Below are positions 22,491 through 36,374 of a stretch of DNA of 64,000 nucleotides, one piece after another. Under the pieces are notes generated by a model. The model searched no databases. It was not told where the DNA came from and saw only the letters and a program-made list of their open reading frames with translations. This stretch comes from Torpedo marmorata (Eukaryota): contig OZ360220.1 in the NCBI GenBank assembly GCA_977017645.1, positions 137,082,001 through 137,146,000 on the forward strand, given 5' to 3'. Made by a program: the position numbers and the translations under genes. Numbering within the stretch: position 1 is the first letter of the stretch; every line of letters begins with the position of its first letter.

Positions 22491-22592
22491 AGAACATAAG
22501 AAATAGAAGCAGGAGTAGGCCATCCGGCCCATCGAACCTGCTCTGCCATTCAATGAGATCATGGCTGATCTGATGATAGGTTCATCTCCACC
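22491..22592 (-). mobile_element. CR1 LINE 3' tail fragment
   Basis: Resembles the reverse complement of the CR1 3' end at 29570-29650 (TGGCCTACTCCTGC). Confidence 0.65.
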
Positions 22593-23129
22593 TTTTGAAT
22601 TGATCTTACTGAGAAATTAATTACCTCTTGAATGCAGAAATATCTAGTATAATACAGAGTTTGAGAGACCAGATATGTAACAGAAAGGCATTTGTTTTAT
22701 AAGTTTATGTGCCCAAGGAATTTGCGATAATTTTATGCAAATACAAAACTCAAATTGCTGGAAACATTCAGCAGGTCAGGTGACAGCCTTGGAGAAAGGA
22801 AGCTAATGTTCCAGGTAAGATGAAGCAGCCCCAGCTTTAAATGTTAATCGGTCATTACAAGGCTCATGTGTTAAGTGCATATTTAATTACAATCAAGAAA
22901 CTTTGCATCTGCTAAAACAACCTGTGAGCCAAACAATTGTTCCTGGAACTAAGTGCAGGCAAGAATGCTCTTAGATAGCATCATTTGGCTTGGATCAGGA
23001 AGGGTGGTACATAATATAATCCTGTACTTAAAGTACAAAACTTAGTTTGGAAATTTAGGGAATGCGTTTTATACTGTTATATGAAATGAACTGTACACAG
23101 CTTTGTGCCCTGTGTTACAAAAAATAACC

Positions 23130-26100
23130 ACCACAAAATACATGAATCAAAAATAGTATATTAAATTATTCAAAATACATGTGATATATTACCTCCCCCC
23201 CTCCCACCCTCCCCTCCCCAACCCCCCCAGCACTATTCTAAAAAAAAAGAAAGAAAAAGAAGAAAAAAAAAGAATGTTAGTTATAAAGAAAAAAAAAAGA
23301 AAGAATTGAATAATAAAGAATTAAAGAGTTAAAGTGAGGAGAAAACAAATTACAAGCTAATTCTATTTATATATTGGAGGTTATTTTTGCCAGCGGTACC
23401 AACTTCTAGAGAATTAATTCATACCCATAATTCTCATATATGGGCTCCAAATTTTCAAAAAGAAATGATAATTATTCCATAAATTATATGTAATTTTTTC
23501 CAATGGTATACAAGAACGTAATTCTGCATGTAATCTATCTAAATTCAAATCTAAATCTGATTTCCAAGTAATAGCGATACATTTTTTTGAAACCGCTAAG
23601 ACAATTCGTAAAAATTCTATTTGATACATATTCAATCTATTTCTAATACTAAATTTTTTAATATCTCCAAATAAAAATAACATAGGGTCCATTGGAACCG
23701 TAATATTAAAAATTCTATCCAAAAAATCTTTAACTTTAGACCAAAAATTTTGAATTTTTAAACATGACCATGTACAGTGTACAAAAGAACCTATTTCATC
23801 CTTACATCTAAAACACATATCTGATAGTGCCGGGTTAAATTTCTTTAATTTTTTAGGTGTTAAATATAATTGATGAAAAAAATTATATTGTACTAATCTA
23901 TATCTAACATTAATAATTTTAGTCATACTCAATTTACATAATTCTTTCCAATGTTTTTCATCTATATTAATATTTAAATCTGATTCCCAACTTAATCTTG
24001 ATTTATGTAATCCTACCTTAGGCATTTTTCTCTGAAGTAATTTATACATTTGTGATATAAATTTGTTAACATTTCCATTAGTAATTAATAATTCTAATCC
24101 ATCCTGTCTTGGAGTTGTTAATTGATTCCCCAATTTCTCAACTAAAAATCCTCTAACCTGATAGTAAGCCAAAATTGTATTATCCATTATTCCAAATTTT
24201 TCTTTCAACCTAGAAAATGTAACAAATCTTCCAGCCTCAAAACAATCTTTAATCTTCTTAATTCCTTTTTGAAACCATAGTTTTAAAAATTGATTATCAA
24301 TAGAAAAAGGTAACAATAAATTCTGATACAATGGCATATTCAGAGATAATGACCCTTTTCGTCCTATCTCATTGTCTAACTGAGTCCAGATTTCCAATAA
24401 ATGTTTAATAATCGGTGATTTTTTCTTTTTAACTAATAATAATTTAGAATTCCATTTATAAATAATATCTTCTTTATATCTTTCCCCTATATTATTCAAT
24501 TCTATATTAATCCAAGCAGTAGATTTAGTTAAATCAAAAAATTCATTAATAAACTTTAATTGAGCTGCCTTATAATAATATTGAAAATTGGGGAGTTGTA
24601 ATCCACCCATCTCGTATTCCCAAATTAATTTATCCATACTTACTCTTGCTAATTTTCCTTTCCATAGAAATTTTCTAATAATAGTTTTTAAATCTTTAAA
24701 AAAATTTTGAGGAATTCCAAAAGGAATAGATTGAAAAAGATATTGAACTCTTGGAAAAATATTCATTTTAATACAATTCACTCTTCCCATTAAGGTAATA
24801 GGTAAATCTTTCCAATTCTCCAAATCTTTCTTTATTTTCTGAAATAAAGGTACATAATTTAATTTATATAAATTTTCCAATTTTGTATCTACTTTAACTC
24901 CCAGATATTTAATTCCTTCTTTAGCCCATTTAAATCCTGTAACTTCTTTACATTTAGTATAATCTCCTTGAGATAAAGCCATTATTTCACTCTTATCTGA
25001 ATTTATTTTGTAACCAGATATCTCACCATACTCCCTCAATATCTTAGCTAATTGTTGAAGCGATCCAATAGATTTCGTCATATATATTAATACATCATCT
25101 GCAAATAAACTAATTTTATGTTCTTCTGCACCTACTTTAATCCCATTTATATTAATATCTTTTCTAATCACTTCAGCCAACGGTTCTATTGCCAATACAA
25201 ATAAAGCAGGTGATAAAGGGCATCCTTGTCTTGTTGACCTCAACAAAGGGAATTTAGATGATATCTGACCATTTGTAATTACTCTAGCTGTAGGTTCTTT
25301 ATATATAGTTTTAATCCAATTTATAAAAGTATTCCCAAATCCATATTTCTCTAAAACCTTAAATAAAAAATTCCATTCTAATCTATCAAATGCTTTTTCT
25401 GCGTCTAATGTTATCACCAGCGGCAAATCCTGTTTCCTTTTTTGCAAGTTAATTAAACTTATTAATCTTGCTATATTATCCTTCGAATATCTATTTTTAA
25501 TAAATCCTGCTTGATCTGAATGTATTAAAAACGGTAAAAACGTAGCTAGTCTGTTTGTCAAAATTTTTGCCATTAATTTATAATCTACATTCAACAGTGA
25601 TATAGGTCTGTATGACTCAGTTTTTAATACATCTCTATCTTTCTTTGGTATAACTGTAATAATAGCATTTTAAAAAGTTTTCGGTAATAAATGAGTTTCC
25701 TTAATTTGAGTCAATACTTCCATATATATAGGTATCTGTAAGTCTTTAAACTTCTTATAAAACTCTATCGGAAATCCATCATCACCAGGAGATTTACCAC
25801 TTTTCAATGACGATAAAGCTTCAACTACTTCTCTCATTGTAATAGGTAAATCTAACATATCTCTATTAAAATTATTTAATTTAGGCAATGTAATTTTAGA
25901 TAAAAAATTATCAATTTTTGTAACATCCTGATCAATCTGCGAAGTATATAAATTCTGATAATATTCTCTGAAAGAATCATTTATTTCCTGAGGTTTATAA
26001 GTTATTTCACCAGTACTTTTTTTTATAGCATTTATAGTTTTAGAAACTTGTTCTTTTTTTAATTGCCATGCTAGAACTTTATGTGCTCTTTCTCCTAATT

Positions 26101-26822
26101 CATAATATCTTTGTTTTGTTCTACCAATTAATTTTTCTATTTTTCGAGTTTGTAATATATTATAATGCAATTTTTTCCTAATTAAACGTTGTCTCTTAAA
26201 AATTGTTTTATTTCTTTGAAAATCTTTCTCCATAAATTCAATCTCCCTTTCCAAATTTTCTTCTTCTTTCAAATAATCTTTTCTAATTTTTGCTGAAAAA
26301 CTTATTATCAAACCTCTTAGATATGCTTTTAAAGATTCCCAAATTATAAATTTATCATTAACTGAATTATTATTAATTCTTAAAAATTCCTGAATTTCTT
26401 TTCTTATATATTCACAAAAGTCTTTTCTATTTAATAAAAAAGAATCTAATCTCCAATTATATACAGTTTTTTCTTTCTCTGGAATTATACATGTCATCAA
26501 TAAAGGTGAATGATCTGAGATTATTCTTGCTTTGTAAGATATTTGAGTTACTCTATCCTGAATTTGTGAAGATATCAAAAACAAATCAATCCTTGAAAAT
26601 GAGTTATGTCTAAAAGAATAAAATGAATAATCTTTTTCTCTAGGATTTAATTTCCTCCAGATATCTACCAGATTTAAATCATCCATTAAATTAATAATTC
26701 TTTTGACTATTTTAGGTCTAACAAATGTTTTAGTAGTTTTGTCCATGTTCGCATTTAGACAGCAATTAAAATCTCCACCAATTAAAATATTTTCCTTAGC
26801 CTCAGATAAATGTAAAAAAGAC
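23130..26822 (-). mobile_element. L1-clade LINE, ~3.7 kb, ORF2 from partial APE endonuclease to C-terminus with one nonsense codon
   Basis: ORFs 25670..26746 and 23414..25594 are in the same frame (KTF*NAIITVIPKK); SRIDLF, SDHSP, QGCPLSP, FADD, CFRC...H...C motifs. Confidence 0.93.
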
Positions 26823-27904
26823 TTGTGCCATTCTTAACAGTACCAGTAAGGCAGGGTCATTGTGTTGTGTGGCTGGAATATTTTCCACCGAGTGACAAAC
26901 TTGCATCTCCCTTGTCAAACATCGGATAGTCACATGCAGAATAAACTTACAATTCCAGATCACTAATAAGGACTTCAATGACAGCAGAGTGATGCCTTTC
27001 TTTTTCCAGTCTAGTAATTTCTTGGTCTCTCTGAGATTGATTTTCAAGTGCATTGAGAGGAAGTTCTCACAGAGTCGGCGTCAGAAGAGATCTAATCGGG
27101 GGGCATTAGGGTAACCGTGTGGGGGGTGGCACAAACTGCTGTTCGAGAACTCACTCAGCGGGGGGGGGAGGGGTGCAGTCTGCAATTGTAAATTAAAACT
27201 GCAGTCTTCCAATCAACGAGGTTTTTCATCACTGACAAGTGTCCATCAGGGTAGTGCGGAACGTGGCTTTCGATTTAATCCGTGTTCGTTTGTTAATTCT
27301 TTTAACATTGTCTCTGGTGACTGTCAGCGCCTGAAATTCACAAGAGAATGGTTTCCCGTGGGATCCGTATGGTTCGAGTAGATCCCAGTAAAGATTGCTG
27401 GATCTGTTCCCATACGTACAAACACATCCCCCAGACTTTCTCAATCCACCCTTGTCCAAATGTGCTGGCTGCTGCTGAGATAAGTTTTCATTTGTCTTTT
27501 TTTTGGCCCCGTTGACAGCTTTCGTGAATACGTTTGGGTAAGGAGTGTCAGTAACTCAGGCATTTAGGGGCTCACAGGCAAGCCCATTCCTGTCCCATTC
27601 GGGACGATACATGCTCTCGCAGCCGGAGCCATGCACTGTGGAGCCTATGAGCCGATTTTTCCCATGGCCCGCAACCCCCTAGTGACGCTAGTGCTGCGGG
27701 TGGGTGGGGGGGGGGAACAATAACTCATTTGGGGAGGCATGGCCCGCGTATGCCCCCCCATGACACTGAGCCTGAGTTCTCATACTGTCTGCTTTCTTCA
27801 CCAAATTAATGCCTATATTTCCAGTGTAGGAAGTGTCACCACAAAGGGAAAGATTGCAGCCAAACCCAATTCTCCCCTCTTCCTAACTTCTAACAAAAAC
27901 ATTC

Positions 27905-29652
27905 TGATGAATGATCATGATAAGTTTTAATCTACAATTTGAGAGGGAGAAGGGAAAATCGGAAGTGTCAATATTACAGTTGAACAAAGGGGACTATGGA
28001 GCCACGAGGGAGGAGCTGGCCAAAGTTGACTGGAAGGATACCCTAGCAGGGATGACTGTGGAACAACAATGGCAGGTATTTCTGGGAATAATACAGAAGG
28101 TGCAGGATCAGTTCATTCCAAAGAGGAAGAAAGATTCTAAGGGGAGTAAGGGGAGCAAGGGAAGTCAAGGACAGTATAAAAATAAAAGAGAAGCATAACA
28201 TAGCAAAGATGAGCGGGAAGCCAGAGGATTGGGAAACTTTCGCTGATGGTACGATCGTGGTGGGCCTTATCAGCAAGAACAATGAGTCAGCGTACAGAGA
28301 TGAGGTGCAGTCGCTAATTGACTGGCACGGAGCCAACAACCTGCATCTGAATGTAAATAAAACAAAAGAGTTGGTTGTCGACTTCAGGAGGGCCGGGGGG
28401 ATCACTCTCCATTGACCATGGACGGCTCTACCGTTGAGGTCGTCAAGAGTACCAAGTTTCTTGGAGTGCACTTGGCGGAGAATCTCACCTGGTCCCTCAA
28501 CACCAGTTCCATAACCAAGAAAGCCCAGCAGCACCTCTACTTCCTGCGAAGGCTGAGGAAAGTTCATCTTCCACCCTCCATCCTTAATACATTCTACAGG
28601 GGATGTATTGAGAGTATTCTGAGCAATTGCATCACCGCTTGGTTTGGAAACTGTACCATCTCAGACCGTAAGACCCTGCAGAGGATAGTGGGGTCAGCGG
28701 AGAAAATTATTGGTGTCTCTCTTGCCACCATGACGGACATCTACAACACACGATGCATGCGAAAGGCAAATAACATTGTGAAGGACTTCTCACACCCCTC
28801 TTGTAAACTTTTCTCCCTTTTGCCATCTGGAAGGAGGTACCAAAGCATTCGGGCTCGCACGTCCAGATTGTGCAACAGTTTTTTTCCACCAAGCCATCAG
28901 GCTCCTCAATTTTTAGATATATATGTGTATGTTATAGTTTTTTATTGTATTATTCTATTTATGTAAATTTGCTCATGGTCCTGGAGAAACGCTATCTCGT
29001 CTTTACTGTGTATATGGTAATGAATGACAAATAAAGGTGACTTGACTTGAAAGTGGTCCTTCTGCAGTTGTACAGGGCCCTGGTGAGACCACACCTGGAA
29101 TATTGTGTGCAGTTTTGGTCTCCAGGTTTGAGGAAGGACATTCTTGCTGTTGAGGGAGTGCAGCGTAGGTTCATGAGGTTAATTCCCGGGATGGCGGGAC
29201 TGTCATATGTTGAAAGATTGGAGCGACTGGGCTTGTATACACTGGAATTTAGAAGGTTGAGAGGGGATCTGATTGAAACATATAAGATTATTAAGGGATT
29301 GGACACGCTAGAGGCAGGAAACATGTTCCCAATGTTGGGGGAGTCCAGAACCAGAGGCCACAGTTTAAGAATAAGGGGTAGGCCATTTAGAATAGAGTTG
29401 AGGAAAATCTTTTTCACCCAGAGAGTTGTGGATCTGTGGTATGCTTTGCCTCAGAAGGCAGTGGAGGCCAATTCTCTGGATGCTTTCAAGAAAGAGTTAG
29501 ATAGAGCTCTTAAAGAGAGCGGAGTCAAGGGATATGGGGAGAAGGCAGGAACAGGGTAACGATTGTGGATGATCAGCCATGATCACAGTGAATGGCGGTG
29601 CTGGCTCAAAGGGCCAAATGGCCTACTCCTGCACCTAATGTCTATTGTCTAT
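27905..29652 (+). mobile_element. Composite: CR1 LINE (27905-28240 and 29050-29652) interrupted by a Rex1/Babar 3' fragment (28241-29049)
   Basis: CR1 peptides ELAKVDW and VRPHLEYCVQFWSP flank Rex peptides FADGTIVVGLI and KFLGVHL plus a GACTTGACTTGA tail. Confidence 0.82.
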
Positions 29653-29886
29653 CAATCAAAATGTTAATTCTGTTTCTCTCTTCAGAGATGCTGCCTGACC
29701 TGCTGAGTTTTGATCTTAGTTTCACTTGGGTCTGGATTAGAATTGCTCAAACTCATTTCACTGAGTGCTTTCTGCAGAAGGGATGCATATTTAACCTTTT
29801 CTAACAGTAATTATATAACCACATTTCAGTAGCTGAGCCAGGTGGTGGTTTGAAAATTCAGAGTTAAATATTTTACATTTACTTAC

Positions 29887-29961
29887 TGTGACAATGAAAG
29901 GAACAGTGTTGATCATTTCAAGGATAAAAGATACTCGAAAAATCTGTTCCCAGATATTTCC
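29887..29961 (-). CDS. KCNT1: KCNT1 exon (~8), S3: GNIWEQIFRVSFILEMINTVPFIVT
   Basis: 75 nt, cag|/|gtaagt; visible inside ORF 29791..30009. Confidence 0.95.
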
Positions 29962-31104
29962 CTGCACAAAGCAAAAGTCAATTAAAATTACATATACATT
30001 TCCACACAATTTCTTGATTTGGGTTCAGGGGCTGCCAAATTTGAAATTGACAACACCATTTCCTGAAGAGTAAATGAATTACTGTAGTTACTAAATTGCT
30101 ACAGTGCTGACTCACTGATCTGTTAGCTAACCAAACTTTGGAAGCATGAAATCAATTTTACTTATTGGGCTTTTTTTTGTTCTTCACTGAACTGTTAATT
30201 TTATTGCTAGGAATTGGGGGAAAAAAACCTCTACAGTACCACAAAGAAATTATTATTGAGTCGGTTTGAACAAAATAAATTAAAATCGTCAGACTTGAGT
30301 TCATTATGAAGTGTGTCAGCATGCAGGAAAGAATTGCAGGTAAAATCACTTCTCCCTCTTTCCACAATATAAAATCACAATTTTAATCCAGGTGCACTGA
30401 CTCACTTGTACCACAATAATAGTTACTAGACAACCTAGTGAATTTAATATTTTGTCCTGTGAAGCTGAAACTCTTAAGCATCTCATATTGTATTTTAGTG
30501 ATATTTCAAGTATAAATTGCAATTCTAATTTAAAATGTTCGAACTGACTCTCAAAATATATTGTTTAATGGTGGGCCTATAGATGTGAATGGTTTCAAAT
30601 CTTCAGAATCAAGCAATCTCAGTTGGAGAGCCATCATGATTATTTGAAGGGAGCTCATTGGAGGGAAGTTAGATGCCAAGCAAAATTAAAAGGTACAAAT
30701 CCACTCAAGCATTTAGACTAGTCATATATAGATATGAAGAATCTGTTTTTTTTATTTTAAACAAGATTAATTATTTAAAATGAATTTCAGTTAAAAATGT
30801 TATTACTTTTTAAAATATTTTTTAATCATTTAAATATGTTCAAATATATTTGATTATCACTTCATCAAATAATACAAGTATACTCAGATGATATAGCAAG
30901 TTGCTCTTTAAATAACTGTTAAATTACCATTCTGATATAGCTGATAACATCTAAATATTCTTTGGTGAATCAATAGAGCATCCTCACTTAACAGTCAACA
31001 AAAGTTTTTACTTGTATATAATGAACTCTCTCATATTCAAGAAGTCATAAAAACATGAGTGAATTACCCACCAGAATTTATAAAACAGCACCTTCGAACC
31101 CCGA

Positions 31105-31640
31105 TCCCAGCGATTGGGACCGGAGTTCAAATCCCGCGCTGTCTATAAGGATTTTGTACGTTCTCCCTATGTCTGCGTGGGTTTACCCCGGGGGCTCTGG
31201 TTTCCTCCCACCATTCGAAAAGTACTGGGAATTGTAGGTCCACTGGGTGTAAATTGGATGGCACAGGCTCATGGGCCGAAATGGCCTGTTACCGCACTGT
31301 ATGACTAAATTTTAAAAAATTTTAAAAATTTAGATACAGATAGTCTTTAGTGAAGTTTTCTATGAGCACACACGCAGGTTCCTCTGCAAACGAGAGCTCC
31401 ATCAATCAAAATATTGGGAAGACGCTATTAGAGTGCGAGTGACCCGGGTTCGAATCCGGCGCTGCCTGCAAGGAGTTTGTACATTCTCCCTGTGTCTGCG
31501 TGGGTTTCTTCCAGGTGCTCAGGTTTCCTCCCACATTCCAAACACATATGGGGTTAGTAGGTTAATTGGTCACATGGGTGCATTTAGGTGTTGTGGGCCA
31601 CAAGGGCCTTTACAGTGCTGCATCTGTAAACTAAAAATGT
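31105..31640 (+). mobile_element. Two HE1-type V-SINE copies (31105-31332; 31420-31640)
   Basis: B box GTTC(A/G)AATCC, V core and AT-rich tails. Confidence 0.75.
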
Positions 31641-31757
31641 GTTCTTGCATACTTTCTAGCAAGCAGATTGGAACAGAATAATAGAGTTAATTCTAACAAA
31701 TGGAGAATTAACACAGCAGCCACACAGGCTGCGGGCGACTTGCGGTCGAAGGACTAT

Positions 31758-34080
31758 TGTGTGTGGAGGAAACGTGGCCTCCCTGCCTGTCTGGAATGTG
31801 TGTATTGCAGGTGGTCACGTGTCCTCCCTGACTGAAACCTATTTAGAAGTCACATCACCTGTCAATCAAGGTTGGACTCCGGCCAACCATTAATGCACAC
31901 TTTGCCATTGGCTAATTTAAATCACCTAGGGTCATTCTTGGCTAGAAGCACAGATTAGCACTATAAAACATCGATGCATAGCACATTCTTTCTCTCTGCC
32001 TCGTGGTCCAAGCCCCGAACATCGCTCCATGCCAGGTTGCTACTGTGGACATCGCTGGAAGTGTCGCGGGTAAGGTGTGCACATCACTGAAGCTGAGCCG
32101 TCGTATTGCGATAGATCAATACTTGCAGACAGCCACACCCCCGTTGGTACAGGGAACCGGGTGTGTGTAAGAGTGCCTATCTGTAGTGTGTGTACTCAAG
32201 TGTGTGAGCGTGTTGAGTATAGATTCACTATTGTCGGAGTCCAACCTAGGTCCGAGGTGAATGTCTATATCGTTGCTTAAGTGAAATAGTAATCGAGTAC
32301 CGTTTAACGTTCTCCCCTGTTTGTCTCCCATATGTTAATTAAAGTTACGTGTGATTGTAACATTTGTGTCCAGACTCGTCTCTCTGTGAACCCACCGAAC
32401 CTGATACTCTTCCCAACACGACAATTGGCGCTGCGAGCAGGGTTCAAAGAGTTTCAGCTGGACATACATGGAGTCTTAACCATGTGGGAGTGCAAGATCG
32501 TACTAACAATGTGGGAGATTGTATTAACAAGTGTGAGTGTGGGTGTCCTGTCGGGTGCATGCGTGATTGTACCTGCTCACCAATGGGGGCAGCAGGAGGC
32601 GACCCACAGATAGGGAAGGGACCAGGGGTCAGATTATAAAATCCCCGCGTGGACCGATGACCATCAGGGGTTCAGCGGTTTGGCGGCATGGCTGGAAAAG
32701 CCACGCCATGCCAGTCGATTGGGTCGACAGGTTGGACCCCCACGGAGAGAAGATAGGGCACAACATGGTCTCCCACTTGGAGTTACTGGGATTTCCCGAG
32801 GCTGGGGGGAGTTGTGGGGGAGCCCTATGGTTACTGATATCCCTACTTAGGCGCCAGTGGGGTATCACATCTGAGTTAAGTAATCAGGGCACACAGAAAG
32901 ATAGGGAGATAGAATCCCTGCAGCATCACTGTTGAGCACTGCAAGAGGCAGTGCAGACTGCCCAAGGGCAAGTGACCAACTTAGAAATTAAAATCATGGA
33001 GGCAGCTTCCAAGCTGATTGAAACACAGCAGCTGCAAGCAGCTCGCTGGTCTGGCTCGCAGCTTGACCCAGGGAGAGTCCGAGCCATTGTCCAGTGGGGG
33101 GAGGGGATCGACACGTAGTTGAGGGATGGGTATGTGTGGATGGATAGGTATGTCCATGAGGAAACTGAGTCCCACGACACACGTCCTCCCCCCTGTGTGC
33201 CTGAGCCTTTACAAGCCCGACCAGTGACCACGCGGTCCCAGACCTGCCACGAGGGCACACCGCCGACTCTCCAAATGGGGGAGGTAGCCGAAAATGGGGG
33301 GACCTCGGGTGCGCACGTATGTGGTCATGGTGAGATAATGGAGTCCCGGGACTACTCTGCTAAGGAGCTAACCGGGTGAGGGGACCGATACCACCAGCGG
33401 CCATGCCGCTGCTTCAGTTGGGAGACGAGGGGGCCCCCAATTCTCTTCTCTCTTATCGGGAAGCAAGCGCCCTGGGCAGTCTGTCTGACCAACAGACGAT
33501 TACCAATGCCTTGTGGGCGCCGCCAGAAGGGGTCGATGATGGTACCGCCCTATGGGAACGGGTGGTGACTGTGGTTCAGGCCAGGTTCCCTGCCCTCCTA
33601 GAATGGGGCCGACATGGCCGGCCGCACTAGCACACCATTGGCATTGGGACACGGGTTGTTAGGGAGCAGGCACCGATTGTATCTATGGGGGTGCCCACGA
33701 GCACCACCTCCCAGGGAGCACGAAGTTGACTGGTGCCTTGGTGGGCTATTTGGTCGCGACCGCATGCCCCGACCTTAGAGGAATGGTCTTGCCCCTCATG
33801 GGACTGGCAACCGGGAAGGCAGTCCGGGAAGCTATTACCCTCCTGGTGGGATCGGAGTACACGGAGCGGAGAGCTCCCGCTCAAGTTTTTAGGGCTGAGG
33901 CGACGTTTGGTGACGTCACCCTGCCGGTGACCATGTATGCTCTCTGGAGAGAACATTGCGGGGTGGGGGGGGGAAGCCCCGTGGAAGTGGAGCTTCCCAT
34001 GCACTGCCCACTCCGACCTGAAATAGCCTGACTCATCTAACTTTTGAGCTCTCCAAAACACACCCCCCCCCCACAGGAGA
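31758..34080 (+). mobile_element. Degenerate LTR retroelement: ~665-bp 5' LTR, tRNA-Ser PBS, decayed gag-like region; no 3' LTR seen
   Basis: LTR ends ...CACGACA at 32423; PBS TGGCGCTGCGAGCAGGGT at 32426; TATAAAA near 31962; GC-rich interior with a broken coiled-coil-like frame; LTR start approximate. Confidence 0.6.
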
Positions 34081-35224
34081 AGACTACCCTTCAAGCTGTT
34101 CCTCTTCTCGATGTGAGGGTCTACGAAACGCTCATCAAAACAGACTGCTTTGATCCCATCACTGATTCCAGCAAACAGCAAGAAACCTTTGTCACTTATT
34201 ATGCAAAGAACTCTCAGCAAGACAGGCAAGAGCTGTTGCCATGGAAACCTAAACCTCAACATTGGACATTCGATCGCATCTTTTGTTATGCGCATTCGGG
34301 GTGCAAATTTTGTAATGGACCTTTTTTTTGTTTTTCTCGTTTTTAATCACCCTGAGCTGTAGTAATAATGTCTTTAAGCACACTCAGGGAATTGGAGTTA
34401 CAGTTCACTGTTTCAAAGTTACAGTTTATAAGTAGAGCCACACAGATGCAGGCTGCTGGAGAATGGCTCATGGGAACCAGGTATCAGAACCAGGATTCGA
34501 GAGGGTGCTGTGGGCAAGATGGGCTCCTGAAGGCTTCCTGATCGTATCGGAGGTTTGGATCTGAAACTCGTGTTGCCGATTGTTTGAATGAGAGTCTGTG
34601 CGGCTGCAGAAGCTGCGGGAGCGCTCGAGGCGAATCCACGGACACTCAGTGTCTCTGAAGAGTATCTCTTTTACTCCTCTTTCTCCTATTGTTCAGGGTG
34701 TCGTGCAATGCTCAAGGTGACTCTCTGTTTGTCTTACAGCAGACAAAAGTTGAAGTATATCATGCATATTACATTTTTAATGTATTATTATGTGACAATA
34801 GAAGGAACCTTTGAACATCTGAAGAAACAGAATGTTGCTCTTGCTTTAACAGCTACAAGATAAAAGGAGGGGCAAAAGTGGATGCACTCGCATTTGTCAG
34901 AGCTGTATCACAATTTGGTGCTTCCAAGCTACTGATAAAATAAGATAAAAGATGATGCAAGTGGTAAAGTTAAATGTGGATAATACATGAATGAGGAAGA
35001 AAAAAATATCAGGAGAAACTGCAACAGAAGATAGAGGTCGGAGGATAAACTACAAGGGTAAAGGCAGTGTAAGTACTTTTTTTAACTATACAAGTGGGCA
35101 TATAATATAACAAGAGAGGGAGACATTAAAGCATTTTAGCTGGATCATAACTGATTCACTGTCATGGTTGTATTTCCCTGGTGTGGATAAAAAGGTGAAG
35201 CATCTAGACCTTTAATGCTCAAAA

Positions 35225-35430
35225 GAAAACACAAGAAACTGGATATGCTGGAAAAGGGGTAAAAACAAACTGTGGAGGAACTCAGTGGGACAAGCAACAT
35301 CTGTGGATGGAAATTTACATAAAACGTTTCAGGATGAGATCCTTCATCTGGGCTGAGAACCAAACTGTTAACCATCCATTTCCCTCCTCAGATGCTGCCT
35401 GACCTGGCGTTCTCTAGTAGTTTGTTTTAA
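35225..35430. mobile_element. Degenerate palindromic Penelope-derived fragment
   Basis: GGAGGAACTCAG...CATCTGTGG and CTCAGATGCTGCCTGACC arms around a decayed hammerhead-like core. Confidence 0.55.
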
Positions 35431-36231
35431 TGCTCAAAATTCTCATCAAAACGAATAAATGTTAGAGTTGCAATGTGAACACCTGTGAGTTATGGTAAAT
35501 CTGTTCATGCGAGGTAATTTGAATTCCCCCATGCTTTTCTTCCAGAAGCAGTTCGGTTGGCTTCATTTACGCCATCGTTTATCACATATTGCCTCCTGCC
35601 AAAATACTTGGTCATCAGCAATTTCTCATCTGTTCAGTAGCCATGGGCTGCAGCAATAGCCTTTATTTGTACCTTTCCTCAAAAAAGTTCTTTCAAAAAG
35701 GTTTTAATAAATCTGATCAACGTACAATATACTGTGATTTTCAATTATTTATTGGAAATCTGCTTTTTCGCTGTTAGGATCTCCTTTCAAATTCTGCCAG
35801 GACATACAAAATAAAAGTCACCTCTCCAAATGCTGATAAAGTTACAGTCTTTAAATGCCATGCACTATGTGCAGTCTGTCTGAAGGACTGTCATCCTTAT
35901 CCGTCTTTATCGGGGCTTGTGAGCATTTTTGGTGACCACAATCTGAAGTGACATCATAATTCTAGAAACAGTGCAGCAAAAGGAATCAGCAGATGCCTAT
36001 GACAACATTTTTAAATGTTAAGTCAGACCATCAAAACCACTCGGCTGACAAAGTCCCAAGGAGAGATAATGGATTATGAAACACAAAATCTGTCAAAGGT
36101 GAACAAACATTCAACTAAACTCTCTTAAGAACCTCAGAATCAATAGAATATTAAAAACAGTACATCATGCATTAGAATTTATCTTTCAAAGAGAGCTTAA
36201 CGTTTTGATCATTTGTTATGTGAATTCTTAC

Positions 36232-36291
36232 CTTGTAACTTAAATATGTGAGGAGCATGGTCTCCAGAAAACCAATTAAAGCCACTGTGAC
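36232..36291 (-). CDS. KCNT1: KCNT1 exon (~7), S2: VTVALIGFLETMLLTYLSYK
   Basis: 60 nt, cag|/|gtaaga. Confidence 0.93.
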
Positions 36292-36374
36292 CTGTGGAGA
36301 TAAGAAATGATCATGATCAGATTTTGTTTGTTTTCCTTTTGAATAAAGTTAAATGAAAATGGTATTTTCCCATT

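Noticed and set aside
27060-27770. Possible hAT-like remnant (GC-rich ends, ...CATGACACTG terminus)
   Set aside because: I could not establish a convincing TIR pair, TSD or transposase peptide
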